A DNA stretch of 64,000 nucleotides from NCBI GenBank assembly GCA_044222185.1, contig JBGANV010000001.1, forward strand, positions 736,001-800,000, read 5' to 3'. Positions 10,367 through 19,277 of this stretch are shown piece by piece; positions within the stretch are counted from its first letter, which is position 1; each line of letters starts with the position of its first letter. The DNA is from Planctomycetota bacterium. GTDB taxonomy: Bacteria > Planctomycetota > GCA-002687715 > CAIWVZ01. Both the position numbers and the translations under genes were made by a program. Under the pieces are notes generated by a model. The model had not been told where the DNA came from. It ran no database searches and saw nothing but the letters and a program-made list of their open reading frames with translations.

Positions 10367-11572
10367 TCAACTCACTGCGATGAACAAGCCCTTCAGGTAG
10401 CGGCCCTCAGGGAAGTCGAGCCCGACGGGATGATCGGGCGCCGCACCGAGGAACTGCACGACCCTTGCGCGGCGCCGCGCCTGCCTCGCCGCATCCTGGA
10501 CGATGGCGAAGAACTGCTCTTCGCTGACCGCACCCGAGCAGCTGAAAGTGAACAGCAACCCGCCGGGCTTCACGGTCTCGAGGGCGAGGCGGTTCATGTC
10601 GCGGTACTTGGATAGCGCCTGCTGGACTTCGCCGCGCCCGGCCGCCAGCTTGTGCGGGTCGAGCACGATCACGTCGAACTGCGCGTTCGCTTCCCTGCGT
10701 TCGCGCAGGTAATCGAAGAGATCCGCGTGGATCCAGTCGCCAGCCACCTGGTTGAGCTTGGCGTTCTTCCTGGCGCGCTCGATGGCCTTCTCGTCGAGGT
10801 CGACGCCGACGACGGACGATGCGTGCCCGCGCTTCTTCGCATGGATCGCGAAGCCGCCAGCGTTGGTGCAGAGGTCGAGCACGCTCTTGCCGCGTACGAA
10901 CCTGGAGACGAGCGAACGGTTGTCGCGCTGGTCCAGGAAGATGCCCGTCTTGTGCCCCTGCGAGAGGTCGGCGTCGAAGGTGACACCGTGTTCGCGCACC
11001 TTGGCCGAAAGGCCTGCGCGCGGAGCCGGCATCTGGAAGCCCTCGAGCTCCGCCGACCGTGCGTCGCCGATGAACACGATCTGTTCGACGCCGGGCAGCC
11101 GGCGGAGTTCGGACTCGAGGATCTCAGCCTGACGAACCCAACCGAGCGCGTAGATCATCGCGACGAGCGTCGTTCCGTAGCGATCGACGACGAGGCCCGA
11201 AAGTCCGTCTGCCTCGCCGTGGACGATCCGCGCGCCGTCCGTCACCTCGTGAAGCCTGAGCGTTTGAGTGCGGAAGTCGTGCGCGGCCGTGAGGCGGTCA
11301 CGAAGGAGCATCCTCAGGTCGCCTTCGGTCGGAGCGCCGAGCGCACGAAAGGCGATCTCCGAGCGGCGATTCAGGAGTCCGTGGGCAAGGACCAGGCCGG
11401 ACTTGTCCCGCAATGCGACGAAGGAGCCGTTGGGGACCTTCGGGGGCGGGAAGAGGACCATCTTTTTGAACACCCACGGAGAGTGCGGAAGCGTCTTCGT
11501 GCGTAGCACGGCGTCGCTGTGGGAAGTGGCCGGTGCGTAGGTGGGGGAGTCGTCGGCATCGTCGTCGGACAT
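10367..11572 (-). CDS. rlmI: Class I SAM-dependent 23S rRNA m5C1962 methyltransferase (RlmI family)
   Basis: PUA-like start (SPWVFK), HGEADGLSGLVVDRYG, GHKTGIFLDQRDNR, VLDLCTNAGGF, FDVIVLDP, TFSCS, PDHPV...PEGRYLK. Confidence 0.85.
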   Translation of the reverse strand: MSDDDADDSPTYAPATSHSDAVLRTKTLPHSPWVFKKMVLFPPPKVPNGSFVALRDKSGLVLAHGLLNRRSEIAFRALGAPTEGDLRMLLRDRLTAAHDFRTQTLRLHEVTDGARIVHGEADGLSGLVVDRYGTTLVAMIYALGWVRQAEILESELRRLPGVEQIVFIGDARSAELEGFQMPAPRAGLSAKVREHGVTFDADLSQGHKTGIFLDQRDNRSLVSRFVRGKSVLDLCTNAGGFAIHAKKRGHASSVVGVDLDEKAIERARKNAKLNQVAGDWIHADLFDYLRERREANAQFDVIVLDPHKLAAGRGEVQQALSKYRDMNRLALETVKPGGLLFTFSCSGAVSEEQFFAIVQDAARQARRRARVVQFLGAAPDHPVGLDFPEGRYLKGLFIAVS

Positions 11573-11725
11573 GGGGCGACGTTCTAACAGGCGCGCTGTC
11601 GGAGCGTGCCGGATGCCGGCCTGTTTCAGGGCGTGTTCCGACTCCTTTTCGCCGGAGCGGCATCCAAGGGGCGTCGATCGCAGCGGGGAATCCACCCCCT
11701 GCGCATCCCAGGAGATCAGAGAATC

Positions 11726-12463
11726 ATGAATCACCGTCCGACGTTCCTGCGACCGATCGCATGTTTGACCGCCGTCGCCCTCTTGAGTGGAGTCGCGGCG
11801 TTTGCCGGCGGGCCGATGAAGGTGAGCAAACCGTTCAGCGGTGTGAAGGTGAATGGGGGCACGGTCGCCTACACCATGAACGAGGGGCAGCACGTCCTCA
11901 CGCTTTCCGACGACTTCAAGACGCCCGATACGCCCGCGCCGCATTGGCAGGTCGTGGATTCGAAGGGCAACGTGTTCTTGCTCCAGCGCCTGCTCATCAA
12001 GGGGGACAGGTTCCACAAGAGCATCGCCCTTCCGTCCTACGTCGTCGACGTCGCGAAGGTGCAGATCTGGTGCGCGTTCGCCGAAACGCTTTTGGGCGAG
12101 ACGTCGTTCGACGCCGTCCTGAAGCTTGCGGACGTGGCTCCGTGCGCCGTCGCGACGAGCCAGCCGTTCAAAGGACCCAAGGCGAACGTGGGAACGGTCG
12201 CGGTCGGTCGTCTCGACGGTCAGCTCACGCTGACCCTCTCGGACGATTTCGTCGTTCCCGATACGCCCGCGCCGCATTGGCAGGTCGTCGACACGGAAGG
12301 GCGGACGTTCATGCTCCAACGCCTGGCGGTGAAGGACGGGAAGCTCAACAAGACGATCGGCGTTCCGGCCTACGTCAAGAGCCTCGCGAAGATCCAGATC
12401 TGGTGCGCGTTCGCCGAGACGGTCCTCGGCGAGGCGGTACTCACCGAACCCGTCACGAACTGA
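11726..12463 (+). CDS. Exported protein with two tandem DM13-like domains
   Basis: Signal peptide; twice LTLSDDF..PDTPAPHWQVVD...(V/I)QIWCAFAET.LGE. Confidence 0.75.
   Translation: MNHRPTFLRPIACLTAVALLSGVAAFAGGPMKVSKPFSGVKVNGGTVAYTMNEGQHVLTLSDDFKTPDTPAPHWQVVDSKGNVFLLQRLLIKGDRFHKSIALPSYVVDVAKVQIWCAFAETLLGETSFDAVLKLADVAPCAVATSQPFKGPKANVGTVAVGRLDGQLTLTLSDDFVVPDTPAPHWQVVDTEGRTFMLQRLAVKDGKLNKTIGVPAYVKSLAKIQIWCAFAETVLGEAVLTEPVTN
11924..12417 (+). repeat. Intragenic tandem duplication, period 333 bp (111 aa)
   Basis: Identical 32-mer at 11924-11955 and 12257-12288; identical 23-mer at 12062-12084 and 12395-12417; both offset 333 nt. Confidence 0.9.
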
Positions 12464-12477
12464 ACACATTCCGGCCC

Positions 12478-12522
12478 CGAGGCTGCAGTCCGCCACCGAA
12501 CGGCTGCGGCCTCGTTTTTTTT
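12478..12522 (+). terminator. Intrinsic terminator-like hairpin with U8 tract
   Basis: CGAGGCTGCAGTC...GGCTGCGGCCTCG 13-bp stem (two G-U pairs) followed by TTTTTTTT. Confidence 0.75.
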
Positions 12523-12537
12523 CAGGGAGGTACGACC

Positions 12538-13482
12538 ATGAAGGTCCGATCCGTGCTCGCGGTCACACTCGTCGCGCTCAGTGGTGTCTCATCGGCGCCC
12601 GGCCAGGTTGTCACGAAGAACGCGATGAACTCGGAGGGCGCGCAGCGGGTGCTCGATGCTGCGGTGTCCGAATGCCAGAAGCGCCGCTTTGCCGCGTGCA
12701 TCGCCGTCGTCGACGATGGCGGCAACATCATGGCGCTTCGTCGGCTCGATGGGATCCAGCCGGCCAGCGGCAAGGTGGCGACGGGCAAGGCCCGCACGTC
12801 GGCGCTGTTCAACAAGCCGACGAAGTTCTTCGAGGACGTCATCAACAAAGGACGCACGGCGATGGCCGGCCTCGACGACTTCACCCCGCTGCAAGGCGGC
12901 GTCCCGATCGTCGTCGGAGGGCAGACCGTCGGTGCGATCGGGATCAGCGGAACGAGCCCGCCCGTCGACGAGGAGATCGCGATCCTCGCCGCGGCCGTTC
13001 TCGACGCACCGGCTCCGCCGCAGCAGCCGGCTGCGACTGGTCTGACGCCTCGCGCGACGTGCCCTCTGCCGAGGGGCGAGGGCCGCGCCGCTGGGTTGCC
13101 GGAGGTGGCGCGGATCGATGCCTCGGCCGTCGACACGGCGTTTCGAACGGGTGCCGTGCTCCTCGACCGTCCGCAGTTCGCGATCCATGCCAGTCGCCGC
13201 GAGACCCCGGGAAAGGCCGAAGTCCATCGCCGGGAAACGGACGTGATCTACGTCGTCGGCGGTAGTGCGACCCTGGTCACCGGCGGAGTGGTCGTCGATG
13301 GTTCGGAATCCGGTCCCGGCGAGATCCGCGGACGTGCGATCGACGGCGGCGACGCCCGTCGCGTGGCCAAGGGCGACGTGATCGTCGTGCCCGGCGGCGT
13401 GCCACACTGGTTCAAGGAGGTCGAGGGGGCGCTGACGTACTACGTGGTGAAGGTCCGCGACGCGGCAGGGGGCGGGTCATGA
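12538..13482 (+). CDS. Exported GlcG/HbpS heme-binding domain fused to a C-terminal cupin
   Basis: GGGAGG SD; signal peptide; IAVVDDGG...RLDG...KARTSALFNKPT...GGVPIVVGGQTVGAIGISG (GlcG); AEVHRRETDVIYVVGG...GDVIVVPGGVPHWF (cupin). Confidence 0.85.
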   Translation: MKVRSVLAVTLVALSGVSSAPGQVVTKNAMNSEGAQRVLDAAVSECQKRRFAACIAVVDDGGNIMALRRLDGIQPASGKVATGKARTSALFNKPTKFFEDVINKGRTAMAGLDDFTPLQGGVPIVVGGQTVGAIGISGTSPPVDEEIAILAAAVLDAPAPPQQPAATGLTPRATCPLPRGEGRAAGLPEVARIDASAVDTAFRTGAVLLDRPQFAIHASRRETPGKAEVHRRETDVIYVVGGSATLVTGGVVVDGSESGPGEIRGRAIDGGDARRVAKGDVIVVPGGVPHWFKEVEGALTYYVVKVRDAAGGGS

Positions 13483-15098
13483 ACCGACGAGTCTTCGCGC
13501 TTGCGGCGGCATCGGTGGTGACGTGGTTGGTTCAGGCGCAGGACGAACCCATCGGCCCACCGAGCGCCGTTCTGGATCTGACGTCCGCCAGGGACCTCGC
13601 GCAGGTTTCGGGCGTCTGGCGCTACGCCGACGCTCGCGTCGTCGACGCCGACTTCCGGGGACCCGGGCCCGATCGCAAGCCCACGGGATCGCCCGTGAGA
13701 ACGCAGGTGATCGAGCCCGCGGCCGGTGCCGCTGATTTCGACGACTCGACGTGGCCCGTCATCGAGCCGGCCACGCTCGCCGATCGGCGCGGCAACGGAC
13801 GTGTGTCGTTCAATTGGTATCGCCTCGAGTTCACGGTGCCACAGAGCCTCGGCAACGTCGAATGCGCCGGCGCGTCGATCGTCTTCGAGATCGTCGTCGA
13901 CGACTACGCGGAGGTGTGGGTCGATGGGGTTCTCGCACCGAGGCTTGGTCAGGCGCACGGTGGCGTGGTGTGCGGGTGGAACGTGGGAAACCGAGTGGTG
14001 GTCGTTCGCGATGCGGTCGCGGGCCGCAAGGTGAAAGTTGCCGTCTTCGGCATCAACGGCCCGATCTCGAGCAACCCGGCGAACTTCATCTGGGTGCGCT
14101 CGGCGGCCCTCCAGATCTTCACTGGTCCCAGGAGCCTTGCTCCGCAGAGCGTGGCCGTGAAGGTCGAGCGTCGCCATCCCGCGCTCGACGAGATCGTCAC
14201 TTCGAACGTCCACGCCGACCGGCTCGCGACGGGCTTTCAGTTCACGGAGGGTCCGGTCTGGACACGTGACGGTGCGTGGATCTTCAGCGATCCCAATGCG
14301 AACCGGCAGTACCGGCTGGACGCAGGTGGATCGCTGACGGTCTTGCGCGAACGAAGCGGGTATGGCGGCGCGGATGTGCGCGAATACGGTCAACCGGGGT
14401 CGAACGGCAACACGTTCGACGGCGTTGGTCGCCTCACGTTCTGCCAGCACGGCAATCGGCGTGTCGTGCGCCAGGAGGAGGACGGCTCGATCGTCGTCCT
14501 CGCGGATCGGTGGGACGGGCGGCGCCTGAACAGCCCGAACGACCTGGTCTACCGATCGGACGGTGCGCTCTTCTTCACCGATCCGCCGTTCGGACTCCCG
14601 AAGTTCCACGACGATCGCCGGCGTGAACTTCCGTTCTGCGGAGTGTTTTGCGTGAAGGATGGAGTCGCTCGCCCGGTGGCGCGCGACCTGTCGGGGCCCA
14701 ACGGAATCGCATTCACGCCTGACGAACGGTTCGCGTACGTGACGAACTGGGACCCGCGGAAGAAGGTCGTGATGCGTTACTCGGTCGGCGCGGATGGCAC
14801 GTTCTCGGAACCGACGGTGTTCTTCGACATGTCGGCCGTCGGCGGCGAGATCGCACTCGATGGGCTGAAGGTCGACGTCCGGGGCAATCTGTTCGTCTCC
14901 GGGCCCGGTGGCATCTGGGTGATCGACGCGCGAGGGACTCACCTCGGGACGCTCGCCCTGCCGGAGTTGCCGGCGAACTTCGCCTGGGGCGGGGAGGATG
15001 GCCGCACCCTGTTCCTGACGGCGCGGACGAGCGTCTATCGCATGGCCGTGCTCACGGGCGGCGCGAAGCCGGCCGAGGGCGGACCGCCCCGACGCTGA
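13479..15098 (+). CDS. SMP-30/gluconolactonase/LRE family protein with an N-terminal sugar-binding-like domain
   Basis: ATGA overlap; GFQFTEGPVW, GSNGNTFD, LNSPNDL, FTDPPFG, PNGIAF, DGLKVD, PANFAWG; N-terminal WYR.EF...VDDYAEVWVDG. Confidence 0.9.
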   Translation: MNRRVFALAAASVVTWLVQAQDEPIGPPSAVLDLTSARDLAQVSGVWRYADARVVDADFRGPGPDRKPTGSPVRTQVIEPAAGAADFDDSTWPVIEPATLADRRGNGRVSFNWYRLEFTVPQSLGNVECAGASIVFEIVVDDYAEVWVDGVLAPRLGQAHGGVVCGWNVGNRVVVVRDAVAGRKVKVAVFGINGPISSNPANFIWVRSAALQIFTGPRSLAPQSVAVKVERRHPALDEIVTSNVHADRLATGFQFTEGPVWTRDGAWIFSDPNANRQYRLDAGGSLTVLRERSGYGGADVREYGQPGSNGNTFDGVGRLTFCQHGNRRVVRQEEDGSIVVLADRWDGRRLNSPNDLVYRSDGALFFTDPPFGLPKFHDDRRRELPFCGVFCVKDGVARPVARDLSGPNGIAFTPDERFAYVTNWDPRKKVVMRYSVGADGTFSEPTVFFDMSAVGGEIALDGLKVDVRGNLFVSGPGGIWVIDARGTHLGTLALPELPANFAWGGEDGRTLFLTARTSVYRMAVLTGGAKPAEGGPPRR

Positions 15099-15143
15099 GG
15101 CGCGCGGTCCATGGGCCGCGGCCGGGACGTCGTACACTCGGCC

Positions 15144-16028
15144 ATGGCTCGACCTGAACTGCGTCTTGCGGCCAACGTCGTGGGCGACTTCTTCGTCGAC
15201 AGCTCGTGCATCGACTGCGATACGTGCCGGTGGATGGCGCCCCGGACGTTCGGCCGCGCCAACGAACAGGCCTTCGTTCATGCGCAGCCGCAGCCCGGGC
15301 CCGAGGAGGATCGTGCACTGATGGCGCTCGTCTCGTGCCCAACGTCGTCGATCGGCGTGGCGGAGCGCCACGATGTCGCACGTGGGGTCGCGCTTCTGCC
15401 GGACCGGATCGACGACGGCGTTCATCACTGCGGCTTCCACCAGGAGGCGAGTTTCGGCGCCGCGTCCTATCTCCTCGTCCGCTCCGACGGGAACGTCCTC
15501 GTCGACGTGCCCAGGCCGGCCGAGCCACTCCTGAAAGCGATCGAGAAGCTCGGGGGGGTGCGCTGGTTGTTCCTGACTCATCGCGACGACGTCGCGGGAC
15601 ATGCCGTGATCCACGCCCGGTTCGGATGCGACCGCGTCATTCACGAGGCGGATGCCGACGCGTCCCTTTCGTCGGCGGAGATCCTCGTGACCGGCACGTC
15701 GCCCGTCGCGTTGGCGCCAGGGTTGACTGTGATCCCCACGCCCGGCCATACCGAGGGCTCCATGTGCCTGCTCTCCGACGACCGCTTCCTGTTCACCGGC
15801 GACCACCTCGCCTACAGCGAGCGGCTCGGCCACCTCTACGCATTCCGGTCGGCCTGCTGGTTCGACTGGCATGCGCAGATCGCCTCCATGCGGACCCTCG
15901 GCAAGTCTCGATTCGAGTGGGTGCTGCCTGGCCACGGGCGCCGCGTGCGGATTCCGGCGTCGCAATCACACGAGGCGATCGCGCGCGCCGTCACCTGGAT
16001 GGAAACTGCGACCTCCGCGGAGGAGTGA
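15144..16028 (+). CDS. Ferredoxin-fused MBL-fold metallo-hydrolase
   Basis: CIDCDTC...CPTSSIG Fe-S motif; THRDDVAGH, TPGHTEG, FTGDH, LPGHG. Confidence 0.85.
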   Translation: MARPELRLAANVVGDFFVDSSCIDCDTCRWMAPRTFGRANEQAFVHAQPQPGPEEDRALMALVSCPTSSIGVAERHDVARGVALLPDRIDDGVHHCGFHQEASFGAASYLLVRSDGNVLVDVPRPAEPLLKAIEKLGGVRWLFLTHRDDVAGHAVIHARFGCDRVIHEADADASLSSAEILVTGTSPVALAPGLTVIPTPGHTEGSMCLLSDDRFLFTGDHLAYSERLGHLYAFRSACWFDWHAQIASMRTLGKSRFEWVLPGHGRRVRIPASQSHEAIARAVTWMETATSAEE

Positions 16029-16078
16029 CGTCGCACGGTCGAAGGTGTGCGTGAGCTTCCGCCCCAGCGGCGATCCGT

Positions 16079-17188
16079 TCAGGCGTCCTTCACGACGACC
16101 TTCTCGCAGCGGGAGAGGAAGGCCGGGTCGAGGTCGGCCCCGATGCCCGGCGCATCCGGCGGCGTGACCTCCCCGCGCGGACCGTAGGTGATCCCGCCGG
16201 TGACGGGGTCGCTCGCCAGGAAGTCCGCGCCGTCCAGGTCGGCGTAGGCGAAGTTTGGCCGCGCCGAGATCACGTGCGCGGCTGCCGAGAGGCCCAACCT
16301 CGTTTCCGTCATGCATCCCAGCATGCAGCGCATGCCGGATGCCTCCGCGACGGCGTTGATCTTCAGCGCCGTGTGGATGCCACCCGACTTCGAGAGCTTC
16401 ACGTTGAAATGATCGCAGGCGTTGGCGCGGACGAGTCGAAGCGCGTCGTGATCGTCGAACACGGCCTCGTCGGCCATGATGGGGATGGACGTGCGCGAGC
16501 GGACGTGTGCCAGGCCATCGACGTCCCAGGCCGGTACGGGCTGCTCGCAATACTCGATGGCGTGCGGCTCGAAGCTCCGCAAGGCGCGGGCGGCGGTCGT
16601 CGCATCCCACCCCTGATTGGCGTCGATGCGGAGCGGAACGTCCGTACCGATCGCCTTGCGAATGGCACCGAGGACGCGCTCGTCGCGCGCCGGGTCTCCG
16701 CCCACCTTGACCTTGATCGCCGGGAACCCGCGCTCCCGGAAACGCACTGCGTCGGACACCATCTTCTCGGGCTCGTTCATCCCGATCGTGCGATCCGTGA
16801 CGAACGTTCGGCGGCCGCCTCCGAGCAGCGCGTAGAGGGGCAGTCCCGCGGCCTTCCCGAGGATGTCGTAGAGGGCCATGTCGAACGCCGAGAGCGTCGT
16901 CGTGTTGTGGGGGAGGTACCCGCGAAGGTCGCGAAGGCGTCCCTCGACGTCGGTGGGATCGCGTCCGACGAGGAATCGGGCCCAGTCGCGTGCCGCGGCC
17001 ATGCCGATCGCCTGCGTCTCACCGACGATCCTCCAGAACGGGTTGGCTTCGCCGACCCCGTGCACACCTGCGTCCGTGTCGATGCGGACGAAGACGTTCG
17101 CCGCGGTCGCAATCTCCATGGTTGCGATGCGGAACGGTTCGAGGAGCGGAATATCGCCGCGAAACAGCGTGACAGCCGTGATTCTCAT
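16079..17188 (-). CDS. Dipeptide (L-Ala-D/L-Glu) epimerase, enolase superfamily
   Basis: AFDMALYDILGK, IKVKVG, RIDANQGW, EQP, MADE, NVKLSKSGG, GCMTE, DLD motif. Confidence 0.88.
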   Translation of the reverse strand: MRITAVTLFRGDIPLLEPFRIATMEIATAANVFVRIDTDAGVHGVGEANPFWRIVGETQAIGMAAARDWARFLVGRDPTDVEGRLRDLRGYLPHNTTTLSAFDMALYDILGKAAGLPLYALLGGGRRTFVTDRTIGMNEPEKMVSDAVRFRERGFPAIKVKVGGDPARDERVLGAIRKAIGTDVPLRIDANQGWDATTAARALRSFEPHAIEYCEQPVPAWDVDGLAHVRSRTSIPIMADEAVFDDHDALRLVRANACDHFNVKLSKSGGIHTALKINAVAEASGMRCMLGCMTETRLGLSAAAHVISARPNFAYADLDGADFLASDPVTGGITYGPRGEVTPPDAPGIGADLDPAFLSRCEKVVVKDA

Positions 17189-17384
17189 CGGGCCCAGTCG
17201 TAGGTGCCTTCCGCCGAAAGGGCAACGATGGACGTTGGAAATCCGACCGACCGACCGACGTCCCGCGGGCAGCTTTGAAGTTCCACGACGTGAGCCGGTA
17301 TCATGCGCCACGTTTTCCCCAGTCAATCCGCGCCCGGACCCAGCCACCCAACGGTCCGGGCCACACCCCACTCGAAATCCACCA

Positions 17385-19277
17385 ATGAAGTTCCAACTCC
17401 ATCTCGTGGCGGTCCTCTCCCTCTTGGCGAGCCTGCTTCCGGCTCAAACGTTTCCCACGGGCTTCTCGAGCGAACTCCTGGTCCAGGGTCTCTCCGAACC
17501 CGACGGGCTTGCCTGGTTGCCAGACGGTCGCCTGCTGATCGTCGAGCAACGTACGGCTCTCGTCAAAGTCTGGATCGGCGGCACGACGGCGACGTCCATC
17601 GGAACGATTCCGAACGTCCGCAGCACGGGGAACGAACAGGGGCTTCTGGCGATCGCCGTCGACCCCCAATGGCCGGCGCGCAACTACATCTACGTCTGGT
17701 ACAACACGACGGTGTCGGCAAACATCCGGCTCTCGATGTTCGCGGTCAACGGGGACCTCTCGAACCCGGCAAGCGCGAACCTGACGCTCGGAACCGCGTA
17801 CCACATCCTGACCGACACGCAGGACAACGCATCGAACCACAACGGCGGCGCGATCCGCTTCGGACCTGACGGCAACCTCTACTTGAGTGTTGGTGACGAT
17901 GCGTCCGGATGCAACGCGCAGAACACGAGCACGGGACTGGGTTGCCTCATGCGCTTGAACGTGTCGAGCCTGCCCGGGGCGGGCAGCGGCCCACCGGCCA
18001 AGTCCGTCATTGCCGCGCCGGGGAACCCGTTCACGACGCCGGTCAACGGCAATGCGACGCTCGTCTGGGCCTACGGGTTCCGCAATCCCTACCGCCATCA
18101 CATCGACCCGGTCACCGGGAAGATCTACGTCGCCGACGTGGGCCTCAACACCGTCGAGGAAATCGACGAAGTGAACGCGAGCACGTCACCTGGCGGGCAG
18201 AACTTCGGCTGGCCCTACATCGAGGGCAACGTAACGGGCACCGGCTGCGGCGGCTCGACGCCGGTCAACGTGGCTCCCATCGCGACGCTGAACCACTCCA
18301 CCGGTGCTGCGTCGATCATGAGCATGGGCGTCTATCACAACACGCCGTCGGGCATCTACAACTTCGGCCCGAGCTACGAGGGCGACTACTTCTTCAACGA
18401 TTACTTCTCGGGCACGCTCCGCCGATTGAAGCTCACGGGCAGCACCTGGGCCATCGCGCCTGCGGTCCCCGGGCAGCCGAACGCCACCGAGTGGGGCACG
18501 GGATTCACGTCGGTGCCAGACACGCTCATCGGACCGGACGGCGCGCTCTACTACGTCACTCAGTTCCCGGGCGCGCTTCGCCGCCTGAAGCCCAACACGA
18601 ACTCTCCGCAGTTGACGATCGTTCAGGGCAACGGACAGGCCGCAAACGCCGGGCGCCAGTGCTACACGCCACTCAAGGTTCGCCTCGCGACTTTCGGCGG
18701 CACGCCGATCGCAAATGCCCCAGTGACGTTCACCGTCACGGCCGGCGGCGGCTCGGTGTCGACGGCGACCGTGACGACGGACGCGCAGGGCTTCGCTCAG
18801 ACGAACTACACGATGGCAGCCGCGTACTCGTCGAACCCCGCGATCACGGTGTCGTCGCCGGGGGCCGCATCGGTTCCGTTCAACCTCGTTTGGCGCGGGA
18901 TCACCGTGAGCTACGTCCCGGCGATCGCGTTCATCAGCGCTACGGTTCGCCACAGCCAGGTGAATTCTCCGATCACATTCGCGTTCGACGCCCCGGTGGC
19001 GTCGCCGTTCGTGACGACGAACTTCAACGACATCTGGACGAGCGTCCTGGCGCCGCTTCCGTCCTTCGGTGCCTTCGACGGCCTGGGGCTGGTCGGTCCC
19101 GCGGATCCGCTGATCAAGACGGCGGCCGCATCGCCGATCTGGACGAAGACCCAGTTCGGGCTTCCGATTTTCGGCGGCCTCACGCTGCGATTCCAGGCCT
19201 ACGCGCTCGACACGGCGCTCCTTCCGAGCGACGCGGCGATCATGGTGTCGAACTTCGTCGACGTCACGCTGAATTGA
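17385..19277 (+). CDS. Exported PQQ-dependent sugar dehydrogenase (GSDH family) + Ig-like domain + shared C-terminal tail
   Basis: Signal ending LLPA-Q; EQGLLAIAVDP, NHNGGAIRFGPDGNLYLSVGD, AYGFRNPYR, VADVG...EEID, NFGWP; invasin-like GNGQ...VTFTV...TTDAQG. Confidence 0.88.
   Translation: MKFQLHLVAVLSLLASLLPAQTFPTGFSSELLVQGLSEPDGLAWLPDGRLLIVEQRTALVKVWIGGTTATSIGTIPNVRSTGNEQGLLAIAVDPQWPARNYIYVWYNTTVSANIRLSMFAVNGDLSNPASANLTLGTAYHILTDTQDNASNHNGGAIRFGPDGNLYLSVGDDASGCNAQNTSTGLGCLMRLNVSSLPGAGSGPPAKSVIAAPGNPFTTPVNGNATLVWAYGFRNPYRHHIDPVTGKIYVADVGLNTVEEIDEVNASTSPGGQNFGWPYIEGNVTGTGCGGSTPVNVAPIATLNHSTGAASIMSMGVYHNTPSGIYNFGPSYEGDYFFNDYFSGTLRRLKLTGSTWAIAPAVPGQPNATEWGTGFTSVPDTLIGPDGALYYVTQFPGALRRLKPNTNSPQLTIVQGNGQAANAGRQCYTPLKVRLATFGGTPIANAPVTFTVTAGGGSVSTATVTTDAQGFAQTNYTMAAAYSSNPAITVSSPGAASVPFNLVWRGITVSYVPAIAFISATVRHSQVNSPITFAFDAPVASPFVTTNFNDIWTSVLAPLPSFGAFDGLGLVGPADPLIKTAAASPIWTKTQFGLPIFGGLTLRFQAYALDTALLPSDAAIMVSNFVDVTLN

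Noticed and set aside
10367-13482. Apparent 709-aa RlmI and 649-aa GlcG ORFs suggesting fusions
   Set aside because: The N-terminal extensions are antisense or off-frame read-through of the DM13 gene; more plausible starts are 11572 and 12538.
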